DNA of 64,000 nt from an uncultured Parabacteroides sp. (GCA_964534355.1 CAZHNZ010000001.1:28059-92058); one strand, 5' to 3'; shown: positions 18,708 through 30,355, numbered from the stretch's first letter. Notes: a model not told the origin generated them from the sequence alone. A program made the numbers and translations.

Positions 18708-19013
18708 ATGAGCCAAAAAATCAGAATTAAATTAAAGTCTTACGACCACACTTTGGTAGATAAATCTGCTGAGAAAATCGTAAAGACTGTGAAGGCAACC
18801 GGAGCTGTGGTTAGTGGTCCGATACCCCTTCCTACTCACAAAAGAATTTTTACCGTTAACCGCTCTACCTTTGTTAACAAAAAATCAAGAGAGCAGTTCC
18901 AGCTTTCTTCTTTCAAAAGATTGATCGACATCTATAGCTCTACAGCTAAAACGGTTGATGCGCTGATGAAATTAGAATTGCCCAGCGGTGTTGAAGTTGA
19001 AATCAAAGTTTGA
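18708..19013 (+). CDS. rpsJ: 30S ribosomal protein S10
   Basis: [10 protein letters not shown] and GPIPLPT; start at MSQK. Confidence 0.98.
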   Translation: MSQKIRIKLKSYDHTLVDKSAEKIVKTVKATGAVVSGPIPLPTHKRIFTVNRSTFVNKKSREQFQLSSFKRLIDIYSSTAKTVDALMKLELPSGVEVEIKV

Positions 19014-19034
19014 TATTATTAAATTTAAAGTGAA

Positions 19035-19652
19035 ATGCCAGGATTATTAGGAAAAAAAATCGGAATGACATCCGTTTTCAGTGCCGATGGAAAAAATGTT
19101 CCATGCACTGTTATCGAAGTAGGTCCTTGTGTTGTTACCCAGGTTAAGACTGTCGAAGTAGACGGTTACGAAGCTGTTCAGGTTGGTTTTGTGGAAAAGA
19201 AAGAAAAACACACAACTAAACCTATGCAGGGACACTTCGAAAAAGCAGGCGTAGCACCCATGAGACACTTGGCCGAGTTCAAAGGTTACGAAACAGAGTA
19301 CAAAGCAGGAGATGTAATCACAGTTGATTATCTGGCTGAAGTTGGTTTCGTAGATGTAATCGGTACATCAAAAGGAAAAGGATTCCAGGGTGTTGTTAAA
19401 CGCCATGGTTTTGGTGGAGTTGGTCAGTCAACTCACGGTCAGCACAATCGTTTGAGAGCTCCAGGTTCGGTAGGTGCCAGCTCGTTCCCTTCACGAGTAT
19501 TCAAAGGGATGAGAATGGCGGGTCAAACAGGGAATGCCCGTATTACCGTTCAAAATCTTCAAGTGTTAAAAGTTATCTCTGAACACAATCTTTTGTTAGT
19601 AAAAGGTTCAGTTCCGGGATGTAAAGGTTCAATCGTAATAATTGAGAAGTAA
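19035..19652 (+). CDS. rplC: 50S ribosomal protein L3
   Basis: GKKIGMT and SKGKGFQG; operon order. Confidence 0.98.
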   Translation: MPGLLGKKIGMTSVFSADGKNVPCTVIEVGPCVVTQVKTVEVDGYEAVQVGFVEKKEKHTTKPMQGHFEKAGVAPMRHLAEFKGYETEYKAGDVITVDYLAEVGFVDVIGTSKGKGFQGVVKRHGFGGVGQSTHGQHNRLRAPGSVGASSFPSRVFKGMRMAGQTGNARITVQNLQVLKVISEHNLLLVKGSVPGCKGSIVIIEK

Positions 19653-20272
19653 TGGAACTTAGCGTATATAACATCAAAGGAGAAGCGACCGGAAAAACTG
19701 TTGAATTGAATGATGCCGTTTTCGGAATCGAACCCAACGACCATGCTATCTACCTCGACGTGAAACAGTTTTTGGCGAATTCTCGTCAGGGAACTCACAA
19801 AGCAAAAGGAAGAAGTGAAGTTGCAGGATCTACTCGCAAACTGAAAAAACAAAAAGGAACAGGTGGAGCCCGTTGTGGCGATATCAAAGCTCCTATCTTT
19901 GTAGGTGGTGGTCGTGTATTTGGTCCGGTACCCCGTGATTATAGCTTCAAATTGAATAAAAAAGTGAAATCACTTGCCCGTAAGTCAGCTTTGTCATACA
20001 AGGCAATCAACAACGAAATTATCGTAGTAGAGGATCTTTCTTTTGCTGCACCTAAAACAAAAGATTTCGTTGCAATGACTTCGAGCCTTAAAGTAGCTGA
20101 CAAAAAATTGGTTTTGGTTTTGGCTGAAGCTAACAAAAATGTTTTGTTGTCTGCTCGTAATTTGCAAAAAACCAGTGTGATTACTGTGCCTGAGCTGAAC
20201 ACATTCAAAGTATTGGATGCTAAATGCCTGGTGTTTACAGAATCTTCATTGGCAGTAATCAATCAATTTTAA
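19652..20272 (+). CDS. rplD: 50S ribosomal protein L4
   Basis: RQGTHKAK and QKGTGGAR. Confidence 0.98.
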   Translation: MELSVYNIKGEATGKTVELNDAVFGIEPNDHAIYLDVKQFLANSRQGTHKAKGRSEVAGSTRKLKKQKGTGGARCGDIKAPIFVGGGRVFGPVPRDYSFKLNKKVKSLARKSALSYKAINNEIIVVEDLSFAAPKTKDFVAMTSSLKVADKKLVLVLAEANKNVLLSARNLQKTSVITVPELNTFKVLDAKCLVFTESSLAVINQF

Positions 20273-20289
20273 TGTAAGGAGAAAGAGAA

Positions 20290-20580
20290 ATGGGAATTAT
20301 TATTAAACCAATCGTCACAGAAAAAATGACTGCTCTTACCGAAACACGTAATTGTTACGGATTTCGTGTATCTCCTGATGCAAATAAAATTCAGATTAAA
20401 AAAGCAGTTGAAGATCTTTACAGTGTAACTGTTGAGAGCGTAAACACCATGAAATACAGTGGCAAAAAGAAAACTCGTAATACTAAATCTGGTGTCATTG
20501 TAGGTAAATCTGCCGCATTTAAGAAAGCTTTGGTTACTCTTAAAGCCGGTGAAGTTATTGATTTTTACAGCAATATTTAA
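20290..20580 (+). CDS. rplW: 50S ribosomal protein L23
   Basis: PIVTEK, ANKIQIKKAVE and KKALVTL. Confidence 0.97.
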   Translation: MGIIIKPIVTEKMTALTETRNCYGFRVSPDANKIQIKKAVEDLYSVTVESVNTMKYSGKKKTRNTKSGVIVGKSAAFKKALVTLKAGEVIDFYSNI

Positions 20581-20586
20581 TAAAAA

Positions 20587-21411
20587 ATGGCAGTACGTAA
20601 ATTTAAGCCCGTTACACCGGGGCAGAGACACAAAATTATCGGTGCGTTCGATAACATTACTGCAACCGCACCGGAGAAGTCTCTAGTTGTAGGTAAGAAC
20701 AAATCAGGTGGCCGTAATAACGAAGGTAAAATGACCATGCGTTATATCGGTGGTGGCCACAAGAAATTGTATCGTATTATCGACTTCAAGAGAGAAAAAG
20801 ACGGTGTTCCCGCAGTAGTTAAGACAATTGAGTACGATCCAAACCGTTCAGCAAACATCGCTTTGTTGTTTTATGTGGATGGTGAAAAACGTTACATCAT
20901 TGCACCTAACGGTTTGGCAGTTGGTCAGGATATTATGTCTGGTGACAAAGCAGCTCCTGAAATCGGAAATTCATTGCCCCTTAAGAACATCCCTGTAGGT
21001 ACAATTATTCACAACATTGAACTTCGTCCCGGACAGGGAGCCGCATTGGTTCGCTCTGCAGGTGTTTTTGCTCAGTTGACTTCGAGAGAAGGAGATTATG
21101 CAATCATCAAGTTGCCTTCAGGTGAAACCAGAAAAATTCTTTCAACTTGTAAAGCTACAATTGGAAGTGTTGGAAACTCAGACCATGGACTCGAAAGATC
21201 AGGTAAAGCAGGTCGCTCAAGATGGCAAGGTCGTCGTCCACGAAATCGTGGTGTTGCAATGAACCCTGTAGATCACCCGATGGGTGGTGGTGAGGGTCGC
21301 TCATCCGGAGGACACCCAAGATCACGTAAAGGCCTCTATTCTAAAGGACTTAAGACAAGAGCTCCTAAAAAGCAATCGTCTAAGTATATTATTGAAAGAA
21401 GAAAAAAATAA
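20587..21411 (+). CDS. rplB: 50S ribosomal protein L2
   Basis: EYDPNRSA and [13 protein letters not shown]. Confidence 0.99.
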   Translation: MAVRKFKPVTPGQRHKIIGAFDNITATAPEKSLVVGKNKSGGRNNEGKMTMRYIGGGHKKLYRIIDFKREKDGVPAVVKTIEYDPNRSANIALLFYVDGEKRYIIAPNGLAVGQDIMSGDKAAPEIGNSLPLKNIPVGTIIHNIELRPGQGAALVRSAGVFAQLTSREGDYAIIKLPSGETRKILSTCKATIGSVGNSDHGLERSGKAGRSRWQGRRPRNRGVAMNPVDHPMGGGEGRSSGGHPRSRKGLYSKGLKTRAPKKQSSKYIIERRKK

Positions 21412-21432
21412 TCTGATTAATTGAGATAAACT

Positions 21433-21702
21433 ATGAGTCGTTCGCTTAAAAAAGGCCCATACATTAATGTGAAGCTTGAGAAAAAAATTCTGACTATGAA
21501 TGAGTCAGCTAAAAAGACCGTGATTAAAACATGGGCTAGAGCTTCAATGATTTCTCCGGATTTCGTAGGGCATACTGTAGCAGTTCACAACGGTAACAAA
21601 TTTATCCCTGTTTACGTAACCGAAAACATGGTTGGTCACAAGTTGGGTGAGTTTTCTCCAACACGTACCTTCAAAGGTCATGGCGGTAACAAAAAACGTT
21701 AA
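21433..21702 (+). CDS. rpsS: 30S ribosomal protein S19
   Basis: MSRSLKKGP and VGHKLGEF. Confidence 0.99.
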   Translation: MSRSLKKGPYINVKLEKKILTMNESAKKTVIKTWARASMISPDFVGHTVAVHNGNKFIPVYVTENMVGHKLGEFSPTRTFKGHGGNKKR

Positions 21703-21749
21703 TGCGTTACAAGGATTAAGAAGTTAGAAAAATAAAAAGTAATCATAAA

Positions 21750-22163
21750 ATGGGTGCAAGAAAAAAGATTTCAGCAGACAACAGAAAAGAAGCGCTGAAG
21801 ACCAAATACTTTGCCAAATTGACAGGTGTTCCTACTTCACCACGCAAAATGCGCTTGGTGGCCGATATGGTTAGAGGTATGGAAGTAAACCGCGCTCTGG
21901 GGGTATTGAAGTTTTCTACGAAAGAAGCTTCTATCAGATTAGAGAAATTGCTGCGTTCTGCCATCTCAAACTGGGAGCAAAAGAATGAGCGCAAAGCAGA
22001 ATCGGGAGAGTTGTATATTTCAGAAGTGTTTGTAGATTCTTCTACTATGTTGAAGAGACTGCGTCCCGCTCCGCAAGGACGTGGATACAGAATTCGCAAA
22101 CGTTCTAACCACGTTACATTGTTTGTAGATGCTGTGGCTAATAAAAATACTAATCAAATTTAA
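21750..22163 (+). CDS. rplV: 50S ribosomal protein L22
   Basis: [10 protein letters not shown] and RPAPQGR. Confidence 0.98.
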   Translation: MGARKKISADNRKEALKTKYFAKLTGVPTSPRKMRLVADMVRGMEVNRALGVLKFSTKEASIRLEKLLRSAISNWEQKNERKAESGELYISEVFVDSSTMLKRLRPAPQGRGYRIRKRSNHVTLFVDAVANKNTNQI

Positions 22164-22168
22164 GCAAG

Positions 22169-22933
22169 ATGGGTCAAAAAGTTAATCCAATAAGTAACCG
22201 CTTAGGTATCGTTCGTGGTTGGGACTCAAACTGGTATGCAGGTAAAAACTGCGGTGATACACTTTTAGAAGATAGTAAGATCCGTAAATATCTGACTGCT
22301 CGTCTTGCTAAAGCCAGCATTTCACGTATTATTATTGAACGTACTTTGAAATTGGTCACTATCACTGTTTGCACTGCTCGCCCCGGTATTATTATCGGAA
22401 AGGGTGGACAGGAAGTTGACAAACTCAAAGAAGAGTTGAAAAAGATCACAGATAAAGATGTTCAAATCAACATCTTCGAAGTGAAAAAACCAGAATTGGA
22501 CGCAGTTATTGTAGCAAACAATATCGCTCGTCAGTTGGAAGGAAAGATTGCTTACCGTCGTGCGGTGAAAATGGCAATTGCTTCTACTATGAGATTGGGT
22601 GCTGAAGGTATCAAAATCCAAATCTCTGGTCGTCTTAATGGTGCTGAAATGGCGCGTTCTGAAATGTATAAAGAAGGAAGAACTCCTCTGCATACTTTGA
22701 GAGCTGACATTGATTATGCTTTGGCTGAAGCATTAACTAAAGTTGGTTTATTGGGTGTTAAGGTTTGGATTTGCCGTGGTGAAATTTATGGCAAAAAAGA
22801 TTTAACTCCTTCATTTACTCAACAAAAAGAATCTGGTCGTAACCAGGGTGGTGGTCAAAACCACGGTGGTCAAAGACGTGAAGGCGGTCGTGACGGTGGT
22901 CGTGATGGCGGTAGATTCAATAAGAAAAAATAA
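22169..22933 (+). CDS. rpsC: 30S ribosomal protein S3
   Basis: MGQKVNP and [10 protein letters not shown]. Confidence 0.99.
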   Translation: MGQKVNPISNRLGIVRGWDSNWYAGKNCGDTLLEDSKIRKYLTARLAKASISRIIIERTLKLVTITVCTARPGIIIGKGGQEVDKLKEELKKITDKDVQINIFEVKKPELDAVIVANNIARQLEGKIAYRRAVKMAIASTMRLGAEGIKIQISGRLNGAEMARSEMYKEGRTPLHTLRADIDYALAEALTKVGLLGVKVWICRGEIYGKKDLTPSFTQQKESGRNQGGGQNHGGQRREGGRDGGRDGGRFNKKK

Positions 22934-22963
22934 GTAATTAATTATCACTGAATTTTACAGACA

Positions 22964-23395
22964 ATGTTACAACCGAAGAAAACAAAGTTCAGAAGACAAC
23001 AAAAAGGGCGCATGAAAGGTGTGGCCCAACGAGGTAATCAGTTGGCATTCGGTTCATTTGGTATAAAGGCTTTAGAGTCAAAATGGATCACCGGTCGTCA
23101 AATCGAAGCTGCTCGTATCGCGGTAACCCGTTACATGCAACGTCAGGGTCAGATTTGGATTCGCATCTTCCCGGATAAGCCTATTACCAAGAAACCGGCA
23201 GAAGTACGTATGGGTAAAGGTAAAGGTGCGCCAGAAGGATTTGTGGCGCCGGTTACTCCCGGTAGAATAATGTTTGAAGTTGAAGGCGTTTCTTTTGAAA
23301 TCGCTAAAGAGGCTTTACGTCTTGCAGCTCAAAAATTACCGGTAACTACCAAATTTGTGGTCAGACGAGATTATGATGCTAACGAAAACGCATAA
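22964..23395 (+). CDS. rplP: 50S ribosomal protein L16
   Basis: MLQPKK and RMGKGKG. Confidence 0.99.
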   Translation: MLQPKKTKFRRQQKGRMKGVAQRGNQLAFGSFGIKALESKWITGRQIEAARIAVTRYMQRQGQIWIRIFPDKPITKKPAEVRMGKGKGAPEGFVAPVTPGRIMFEVEGVSFEIAKEALRLAAQKLPVTTKFVVRRDYDANENA

Positions 23396-23401
23396 TAAAT
23401 T

Positions 23402-23599
23402 ATGAAAGTAGCAGAAATTAAAGAACTAAGTACAAAGGAATTGATTGAGAAGATTGATGCAGATTCTTCAATTATGGATCAATTATGTTTAAATCACTCA
23501 ATTACTCCTTTGGACAATCCTGTAAAGATTAAAGGTCTACGCAGAGACATCGCGCGAATGAAAACAGTTTTGCGCGATCGTGAAATAAACCAACAATAA
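23402..23599 (+). CDS. rpmC: 50S ribosomal protein L29
   Basis: RRDIARMKT; operon order. Confidence 0.95.
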   Translation: MKVAEIKELSTKELIEKIDADSSIMDQLCLNHSITPLDNPVKIKGLRRDIARMKTVLRDREINQQ

Positions 23600-23603
23600 C
23601 CAA

Positions 23604-23870
23604 TTGAGCCTGATGGAAACAAGAAATCTTAGAAAAGAACGTGTAGGAGTTGTTTTCAGCAATAAAATGGATAAAACCATTACTATTGCAATTAAATGGA
23701 AAGAAAAACACCCTATCTACGGCAAATTCGTTAATAAAACGAAGAAATATCACGCTCACGACGAGAAGAATGATTGCAATATTGGTGATAAAGTGAAGAT
23801 CATGGAGACTCGTCCACTGAGCAAATTGAAAAGATGGAGATTAGTAGAAATAATCGAAAGAGCTAAGTAA
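23604..23870 (+). CDS. rpsQ: 30S ribosomal protein S17 (start may be the ATG at 23613)
   Basis: KMDKTI, HPIYGK and ETRPLSK. Confidence 0.97.
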   Translation: MSLMETRNLRKERVGVVFSNKMDKTITIAIKWKEKHPIYGKFVNKTKKYHAHDEKNDCNIGDKVKIMETRPLSKLKRWRLVEIIERAK

Positions 23871-23872
23871 AC

Positions 23873-24238
23873 ATGATACAACAAGAGTCAAGACTTATAG
23901 TGGCTGATAACAGTGGAGCTAAACAAGCTCTTTGTATCAGAGTATTGGGCGGAACAAGAAAGCGCTATGCAACTGTTGGCGATATTATCGTAGTTGCAGT
24001 AAAAAGCGTAATCCCTTCTAGTGATGTGAAAAAAGGAGCTGTTTCTAAAGCAGTAATAGTTAGAACAAAGAAGGAAATCCGTCGTGCAGACGGATCGTAT
24101 ATTCGATTCGATGATAATGCCTGTGTACTGTTGAATGGTGCAGGCGATATGAGAGGAAGCCGTATTTTCGGCCCCGTTGCCCGTGAAATTCGTGCAACAA
24201 ACATGAAAATTGTGTCACTAGCGCCTGAGGTGCTTTAA
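23873..24238 (+). CDS. rplN: 50S ribosomal protein L14
   Basis: ADNSGA, RFDDNA and SLAPEVL. Confidence 0.99.
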   Translation: MIQQESRLIVADNSGAKQALCIRVLGGTRKRYATVGDIIVVAVKSVIPSSDVKKGAVSKAVIVRTKKEIRRADGSYIRFDDNACVLLNGAGDMRGSRIFGPVAREIRATNMKIVSLAPEVL

Positions 24239-24252
24239 ATCCAACAATTAGA

Positions 24253-24573
24253 ATGGGTAAGTTACATATTAAAAAAGGCGACATGGTCTTTGTCAACGCC
24301 GGAAACGATAAAGGTAAAACCGGTCGTGTCCTTGAGGTTTTAATCAAAACAAACCGGGCAGTTGTAGAAGGCGTTAACATGGTTTCAAAAGCCGTTAAAC
24401 CTAATGCGCAAAATCCGCAGGGAGGTATTGTAAAAAAAGAGGCTTCTATTCATATTTCGAATCTGAATCAATTGGATCCGAAATCAAAGAAACCGACTCG
24501 TATCGGTCGTAAGATGAACGAAGAAGGAGTTTTAGTTCGTGTATCTAAAAAATCAGGAGAGGAGATTAAGTAA
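24253..24573 (+). CDS. rplX: 50S ribosomal protein L24
   Basis: KKGD...GNDKGKTG and IHISN. Confidence 0.98.
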   Translation: MGKLHIKKGDMVFVNAGNDKGKTGRVLEVLIKTNRAVVEGVNMVSKAVKPNAQNPQGGIVKKEASIHISNLNQLDPKSKKPTRIGRKMNEEGVLVRVSKKSGEEIK

Positions 24574-25130
24574 TGAGCAATACTGCCAGTCTTAAAAAAG
24601 ATTACAATGAAAGAGTTGTTCCTGCTTTGATGAAAGAATTCAACTACAAAACAGTTATGCAAGTTCCTGTTTTGAAGAAAATCGTTATCAATCAAGGTTT
24701 GGGTATAGCCGTAGCTGATAAAAAAATTATTGAAACAGCTATCAATGAGTTATCAAATATCACAGGTCAAAAAGCAGTAGCTACTTTGTCTAAGAAAGAT
24801 ATTTCAAACTTCAAGTTACGTAAGAAAATGCCTATCGGTGTGATGGTCACTTTACGTCGTGAACAAATGTACGAGTTTCTTGAAAGATTAGTTCGTGTTG
24901 CGCTACCACGTATCCGAGATTTCAAAGGAATTGAAGGAAAACTGGATGGAAGAGGCAATTATACCCTCGGAATTCAGGAACAAATCATTTTTCCTGAAAT
25001 AAATATCGACAATATTAGTAAAATCTTAGGAATGAATATTACCTTTGTGACCTCTGCGCAAACAGATGAAGAAGGTTATGCTCTTCTTAAGGAATTTGGT
25101 TTACCGTTTAAGAACGCTAAAAAAGATTAA
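24573..25130 (+). CDS. rplE: 50S ribosomal protein L5
   Basis: LPRIRDFKG and DGRGNY. Confidence 0.99.
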   Translation: MSNTASLKKDYNERVVPALMKEFNYKTVMQVPVLKKIVINQGLGIAVADKKIIETAINELSNITGQKAVATLSKKDISNFKLRKKMPIGVMVTLRREQMYEFLERLVRVALPRIRDFKGIEGKLDGRGNYTLGIQEQIIFPEINIDNISKILGMNITFVTSAQTDEEGYALLKEFGLPFKNAKKD

Positions 25131-25136
25131 TTCGAT

Positions 25137-25406
25137 ATGGCAAAAGAATCAATGAAAGCCCGCGAGGTGAAAAGAGCCAAGCTTGTTGCTAAATATGCTG
25201 CTAAAAGAGAGCAACTTAAGAAAGATGGCAACTTTGAGGCGTTGCAAGCGCTTCCGAAGAATGCATCTCCGGTGCGCCTTCACAACCGTTGCAAAATTAC
25301 AGGAAGACCGAAAGGATATGTTCGTCAGTTCGGAGTTTCACGTATTCAATTTCGTGAAATGGCTTCTGCCGGATTAATTCCCGGTGTAAAGAAAGCAAGT
25401 TGGTAA
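25137..25406 (+). CDS. rpsN: 30S ribosomal protein S14 (89-aa form lacking the complete Zn motif)
   Basis: MAKESM, RCKITGR and PGVKKASW. Confidence 0.98.
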   Translation: MAKESMKAREVKRAKLVAKYAAKREQLKKDGNFEALQALPKNASPVRLHNRCKITGRPKGYVRQFGVSRIQFREMASAGLIPGVKKASW

Positions 25407-25466
25407 GAAAATTTTTATTGTGTTAAATATTGTCCGGATGTCCCGGATCAATTTAATTATTTTATT

Positions 25467-25862
25467 ATGACAGATCCTATTGCAGATTATTTGACCAGAT
25501 TAAGAAACGCGATTAAAGCTAATCATCGCGTTGTTGAAATTCCTGCGTCAAATTTGAAAAAAGAAATCACTAAGATTCTCTTTGAAAAAGGCTACATCCT
25601 TAATTTTAAGTTTGTAGAAGAAGGACCTCAGGGTTCTATTAAAATTGCTTTGAAGTATGACCTTGTGAATAAGGTGAATGCTATCAAAGTATTGCGTCGT
25701 GTATCTACACCCGGTTTACGTCAGTACACCGGTTATAAAGAGATGCCAAGAGTGTTAAACGGTTTAGGTATTGCTGTTCTTTCTACTTCGAAAGGTGTAA
25801 TGACAGACAAAGAAGCAAGAGACCTCAAAATCGGTGGTGAAGTATTGTGTTACATTTATTAA
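25467..25862 (+). CDS. rpsH: 30S ribosomal protein S8
   Basis: DPIADYLTRLRN and STSKGVM. Confidence 0.99.
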   Translation: MTDPIADYLTRLRNAIKANHRVVEIPASNLKKEITKILFEKGYILNFKFVEEGPQGSIKIALKYDLVNKVNAIKVLRRVSTPGLRQYTGYKEMPRVLNGLGIAVLSTSKGVMTDKEARDLKIGGEVLCYIY

Positions 25863-25879
25863 TCAAGGAGGAAAGTTAG

Positions 25880-26437
25880 ATGTCAAGAATTGGAAAATTG
25901 CCTATTGCTATCCCTGCCGGAGTAAATGTAACTATTGCTGATGATGTTGTTACTGTAAAAGGTCCTAAGGGAACTTTGGCACAACAAATCACCGGAGGCG
26001 TTCAGGTTGTTATCGAGAATAATAATGTTATTTTGAGCAGACCAACAGATGAAAGTCAACAACGTGCATTGCACGGTTTGTATCGTTCTTTGCTTAACAA
26101 CATGGTTATTGGTGTTTCTGAAGGCTATCGCAAGGAAATGGAATTAGTTGGTGTTGGATATCGTGTTGCAAACAATGGACAAATTATTGAGTTTACATTG
26201 GGTTATAGCCACAGTATTTTCCTCCAGGTTCCGGCTGAAGTGAAAGTTGAAACTAAATCAGAGAGAAATAAAAACCCGTTGTTGATCCTCGAATCGTGTG
26301 ATAAACAGCTTTTAGGACAAGTATGTTCTAAAGTTCGTTCTTTCCGCAAACCTGAACCATACAAAGGAAAAGGTATTAAGTTCGTAGGAGAAGTTATCCG
26401 CAGAAAGTCTGGTAAGTCTGCAGGTAAGGGTAAATAA
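25880..26437 (+). CDS. rplF: 50S ribosomal protein L6
   Basis: MSRIGK and PEPYKGKG. Confidence 0.99.
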   Translation: MSRIGKLPIAIPAGVNVTIADDVVTVKGPKGTLAQQITGGVQVVIENNNVILSRPTDESQQRALHGLYRSLLNNMVIGVSEGYRKEMELVGVGYRVANNGQIIEFTLGYSHSIFLQVPAEVKVETKSERNKNPLLILESCDKQLLGQVCSKVRSFRKPEPYKGKGIKFVGEVIRRKSGKSAGKGK

Positions 26438-26458
26438 TTCATGTAAATAAGCAATGCT

Positions 26459-26800
26459 ATGTTAAAAAAGATAGAAAGAAGACTGAGAATCAAACGTAGT
26501 GTACGTGCTAAAATTTCGGGAACTACCGCAATTCCACGTATGTCTGTTTTCAGAAGTAACAGTCAAATATATGTTCAAATCATTGATGATACTACCGGCA
26601 AGACTTTAGTCGCTGCTAATTCATTAGGTTTAGACAAAGCTGCCAAAAAAGAGCAAGCTGCCAAAGTTGGTGAAGTTATTGCTAAAAAAGCAGTTGAAGC
26701 AGGTATTACTGCCGTTGTTTTCGACCGTAACGGATATTTGTATCACGGTAGAGTTAAAGAATTGGCAGAGGCTGCCCGTAACGCTGGACTTAAATTTTAA
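26459..26800 (+). CDS. rplR: 50S ribosomal protein L18
   Basis: PRMSVFRS and [12 protein letters not shown]. Confidence 0.98.
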   Translation: MLKKIERRLRIKRSVRAKISGTTAIPRMSVFRSNSQIYVQIIDDTTGKTLVAANSLGLDKAAKKEQAAKVGEVIAKKAVEAGITAVVFDRNGYLYHGRVKELAEAARNAGLKF

Positions 26801-26805
26801 TCATC

Positions 26806-27324
26806 ATGTCAGGAATAAATAATAAAGTAAAAACAACTACCGATTTGGAGTTGAAAGATAGATTGGTAGCCATTAACCGTGTTACGAAAGTAACCAAAGG
26901 TGGACGTACTTTTAGCTTTTCTGCTATCGTGGTGGTAGGAAATGAAGATGGTATCGTAGGTTGGGGGCTTGGTAAGGCAGGCGAAGTAACCAGTGCAATT
27001 GCAAAAGGTGTTGAAGCTGCAAAAAAGAACCTGATAAAAGTTCCTGTTCATAAAGGAACTATACCTCACGAGCAATTTTCTAAGTTTGGTGGTGCAGAGG
27101 TTTTCTTGAAGCCTGCATCACATGGAACCGGAGTTAAAGCCGGTGGTTCTATGCGTGCTGTATTGGAGAGTGTTGGTGTTACAGACGTTTTGGCAAAGTC
27201 AAAAGGTTCTTCAAACCCTCACAACCTTGTAAAAGCGACTATTGTTGCTTTGGGAGAATTACGTGATGCATATACCGTTGCTCAAAACAGAGGTGTATCG
27301 ATGGAAAAAGTTTTTAAAGGATAA
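26806..27324 (+). CDS. rpsE: 30S ribosomal protein S5
   Basis: [10 protein letters not shown] and GSSNPHN. Confidence 0.99.
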   Translation: MSGINNKVKTTTDLELKDRLVAINRVTKVTKGGRTFSFSAIVVVGNEDGIVGWGLGKAGEVTSAIAKGVEAAKKNLIKVPVHKGTIPHEQFSKFGGAEVFLKPASHGTGVKAGGSMRAVLESVGVTDVLAKSKGSSNPHNLVKATIVALGELRDAYTVAQNRGVSMEKVFKG

Positions 27325-27343
27325 TTTGGGAGGAACATAGATC

Positions 27344-27517
27344 ATGGCAATAATTAGAATTAAGCAAGTTAAGAGCAGAATCAAATGTCCTGCAACCCAA
27401 AAAAGAACTTTGGATGCATTGGGTTTAACCAAACTGAATAAAGTTGTAGAGCATGAAGATACTCCACAAATTATGGGTATGGTTACGAAAGTAAAACACC
27501 TGATTTCTGTACTATAA
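27344..27517 (+). CDS. rpmD: 50S ribosomal protein L30 (not in the ORF track)
   Basis: Manual translation MAIIRIKQVKSRIKCPATQKRTLDALGLTKLNKVVEHEDTPQIMGMVTKVKHLISVL; between rpsE and rplO. Confidence 0.96.
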   Translation: MAIIRIKQVKSRIKCPATQKRTLDALGLTKLNKVVEHEDTPQIMGMVTKVKHLISVL

Positions 27518-27546
27518 TCTAAGTAATAAAGTTAATTTATAAAGAT

Positions 27547-27993
27547 ATGAATTTAAGTAAATTAAGCCCCGCTCCTGGTTCTGTTAAAACCAGAAAAAGA
27601 ATTGGCCGTGGAACCGGTTCCGGTTTAGGTGGTACCTCTACAAGAGGTCACAAAGGCGCCAAATCAAGATCGGGATATTCCAGAAAAATTGGTTTTGAAG
27701 GTGGTCAGATGCCTATTCAAAGACGTTTGCCTAAGTTTGGTTTTAAGAACTTCAATCGTGTTGAATACAAAGCTATCAATTTGTCAACATTGCAAACATT
27801 GGCAGAAAGTTTATCTTTGTCTAAGATTAGTGTTGATAACCTTATTGAAGCAGGTTTTGTGTCTTCAAATCAATTAGTTAAAATTTTGGGTAACGGTTCT
27901 TTAACTGTTAAGATTGATGTTGAAGCTAATGCTTTTTCTAAATCTGCAGAAGCTGCAATCGTAGCTACAGGAGGAACCGCTATAATAATCTAA
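27547..27993 (+). CDS. rplO: 50S ribosomal protein L15
   Basis: RIGRGTGSG and GFEGGQMP. Confidence 0.98.
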   Translation: MNLSKLSPAPGSVKTRKRIGRGTGSGLGGTSTRGHKGAKSRSGYSRKIGFEGGQMPIQRRLPKFGFKNFNRVEYKAINLSTLQTLAESLSLSKISVDNLIEAGFVSSNQLVKILGNGSLTVKIDVEANAFSKSAEAAIVATGGTAIII

Positions 27994-27997
27994 GCCG

Positions 27998-29335
27998 ATG
28001 AGAGCCATTGAAACCTTAAAAAACATTTGGAAGATTGAAGACCTGAAAAATCGAATCATCACTACTCTTTTACTTGTAGCAGTGTATCGGTTTGGTTCTT
28101 TTGTTGTTCTTCCGGGTATAAATCCTGATGCGCTAACTGCGCTTCAGTCGCAAACTAAAAGTGGATTACTTGCTTTATTAGACATGTTTTCCGGTGGAGC
28201 GTTTTCGAACGCTTCTGTGTTTGCTCTTGGAATTATGCCTTACATCTCTGCTTCAATTGTAATCCAATTGCTGACTATTGCGGTTCCTAAGTTCCAAAAG
28301 ATGCAAAAGGAGGGTGAAAGCGGAAGACGTAAAATGAATCAGTACACGCGTTATTTAACCGTTGCTATTCTTTTGTTTCAAGCTCCGTCATATTTGATTA
28401 ACCTGAACGTGCAAATGAAGGGTATTGGGTTGCCCACTGGCATTTGGTTTATGATATCTTCGACTATCATTTTGACAGCCGGAAGTATGTTTATCATGTG
28501 GTTAGGAGAAAAAATTACAGACAAAGGTGTTGGAAATGGTATTTCTTTTATCATTCTTGTTGGTATTATAGCACGCCTTCCTCATGCCGTTGTTGCAGAA
28601 TTTACAAGTCGTACAGCAGATAAAGCCGGTGGTTTGGTTATGTTTATTGCCGAACTTGTGTTTTTGTTATTTGTTGTTGCTGCTGCAATCCTTCTCGTTC
28701 AGGGAACTCGTAAAGTGCCTGTTCAATATGCAAAGAAAATGGTTGGTAATACTCCTCAGTTCGGAGGAACAAGACAATACATTCCCCTTAAAATTAATGC
28801 AGCTGGTGTAATGCCTATCATATTTGCGCAAGCAATTATGTTTATTCCGATGACATTAATTGGGTTTGCTAATATTGAATCTGTGAATGGCTTTTTAGCT
28901 TCTTTTATGGATCATACTGGTTGGGGTTATAATGTTATGTTTGCATTGCTTATTGTTGTATTTACTTATTTTTATACGGCTATTACTATACAACCAACTG
29001 CAATGGCAGATGACATGAAGCGTAATAACGGGTTTATACCCGGTGTTAAGCCAGGTAAGCATACAGCTGAATATCTTGATGAGATTATGTCCCGTATTAC
29101 TTTACCAGGTTCAATGTTTTTGGCTGTTATTGCTATATTACCGGCTTTTGCCAGCATGTTTGGAGTAAGTAGTGAATTCTCACAATTCTTTGGTGGTACA
29201 TCTTTGCTCATTCTTGTAGGTGTTGTATTGGATACATTACAACAAGTAGAGAGCCATTTGTTGATGCGTCACTACGATGGGTTGTTGAAATCCGGAAAAA
29301 TAAAGGGTCGTACTGGTTCGCCCGCTGCTTATTGA
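27998..29335 (+). CDS. secY: Preprotein translocase subunit SecY
   Basis: ALGIMPYISASI, GVGNGIS and GGTSLLI. Confidence 0.99.
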   Translation: MRAIETLKNIWKIEDLKNRIITTLLLVAVYRFGSFVVLPGINPDALTALQSQTKSGLLALLDMFSGGAFSNASVFALGIMPYISASIVIQLLTIAVPKFQKMQKEGESGRRKMNQYTRYLTVAILLFQAPSYLINLNVQMKGIGLPTGIWFMISSTIILTAGSMFIMWLGEKITDKGVGNGISFIILVGIIARLPHAVVAEFTSRTADKAGGLVMFIAELVFLLFVVAAAILLVQGTRKVPVQYAKKMVGNTPQFGGTRQYIPLKINAAGVMPIIFAQAIMFIPMTLIGFANIESVNGFLASFMDHTGWGYNVMFALLIVVFTYFYTAITIQPTAMADDMKRNNGFIPGVKPGKHTAEYLDEIMSRITLPGSMFLAVIAILPAFASMFGVSSEFSQFFGGTSLLILVGVVLDTLQQVESHLLMRHYDGLLKSGKIKGRTGSPAAY

Positions 29336-29336
29336 T

Positions 29337-30116
29337 ATGATTTATATTAAAACAGACGATGAAATAGAACTAATTCGTAATAGTTCACTTCTGGTTGGAA
29401 AAACCCTGGCTCATGTGGCCAGTTTTATCCAACCGGGAGTTACAACTGCCGAGTTAGATAAACAAGCTGAACAGTTTATTCGTGATCATCAGGCTATTCC
29501 GGCTTTTTTAGGATACAGTGGTTTTCCGAATTCTCTTTGTACATCTGTTAATAGTCAGGTCGTTCATGGAATTCCTAATTCAGTTCCTTTAAAAGAGGGT
29601 GATATTGTATCTGTAGATTGTGGTGTCCTTATGAATGGTTTTTATGGAGATTCTGCTTATACTTTTTGTGTAGGAGAAGTAGATGTAGAAACAATGAAAT
29701 TATTGGAAACAACAAAAGAATCACTTTATTGCGGGATCGAAAAAGCCATTCATGGAAATAGAGTGGGTGATATCGGGAATGCTGTTCAGGAGTATTGTGA
29801 AAGACAATCTTATTCTGTGGTAAGAGAACTGGTAGGACATGGTGTCGGACGAAAACTTCATGAAGCGCCTGAAGTACCTAATTACGGAAGACGCGGAACC
29901 GGTCCTCTATTAAAATCCGGAATGGTATTAGCCATTGAGCCTATGATAAATAGCGGATCGAAGAATATTGTTTTTGAAAAAGATGGATGGACAACCAGAA
30001 CCAGAGATGGGAAAATGTCGGCTCATTTTGAACATACAATTGTAGTAAGACCCGGTAAGGCAGAAATTCTTTCTTCGTTTGAATTTATAGAACAAGTATT
30101 AAATAATAAAGCGTAA
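29337..30116 (+). CDS. map: Type I methionine aminopeptidase
   Basis: VVHGIP, GHGVG, AIEPM and SAHFEHT. Confidence 0.97.
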   Translation: MIYIKTDDEIELIRNSSLLVGKTLAHVASFIQPGVTTAELDKQAEQFIRDHQAIPAFLGYSGFPNSLCTSVNSQVVHGIPNSVPLKEGDIVSVDCGVLMNGFYGDSAYTFCVGEVDVETMKLLETTKESLYCGIEKAIHGNRVGDIGNAVQEYCERQSYSVVRELVGHGVGRKLHEAPEVPNYGRRGTGPLLKSGMVLAIEPMINSGSKNIVFEKDGWTTRTRDGKMSAHFEHTIVVRPGKAEILSSFEFIEQVLNNKA

Positions 30117-30125
30117 AAAATCAAT

Positions 30126-30344
30126 ATGTCTAAACAATCAGCTATCGAGCAAGATGGAACTATTATTGAGGCATTGTCAAATGCTATGTTCCGGGTCGAA
30201 TTAGAAAACGGGCATGAAATTACAGCACACATTTCCGGTAAAATGCGTATGCATTATATTAAGATATTACCCGGAGATAAAGTGAGAGTTGAGATGTCTC
30301 CTTATGATTTATCTAAAGGGAGAATAGCATTCAGATACAAATAA
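30126..30344 (+). CDS. infA: Translation initiation factor IF-1
   Basis: HISGKMR and [10 protein letters not shown]. Confidence 0.99.
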   Translation: MSKQSAIEQDGTIIEALSNAMFRVELENGHEITAHISGKMRMHYIKILPGDKVRVEMSPYDLSKGRIAFRYK

Positions 30345-30355
30345 AAATAAACTAT

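Noticed and set aside
22880..22915. 12-nt repeats encoding (E/D)GGR x3 at the end of rpsC
   Set aside because: Ordinary low-complexity S3 tail.
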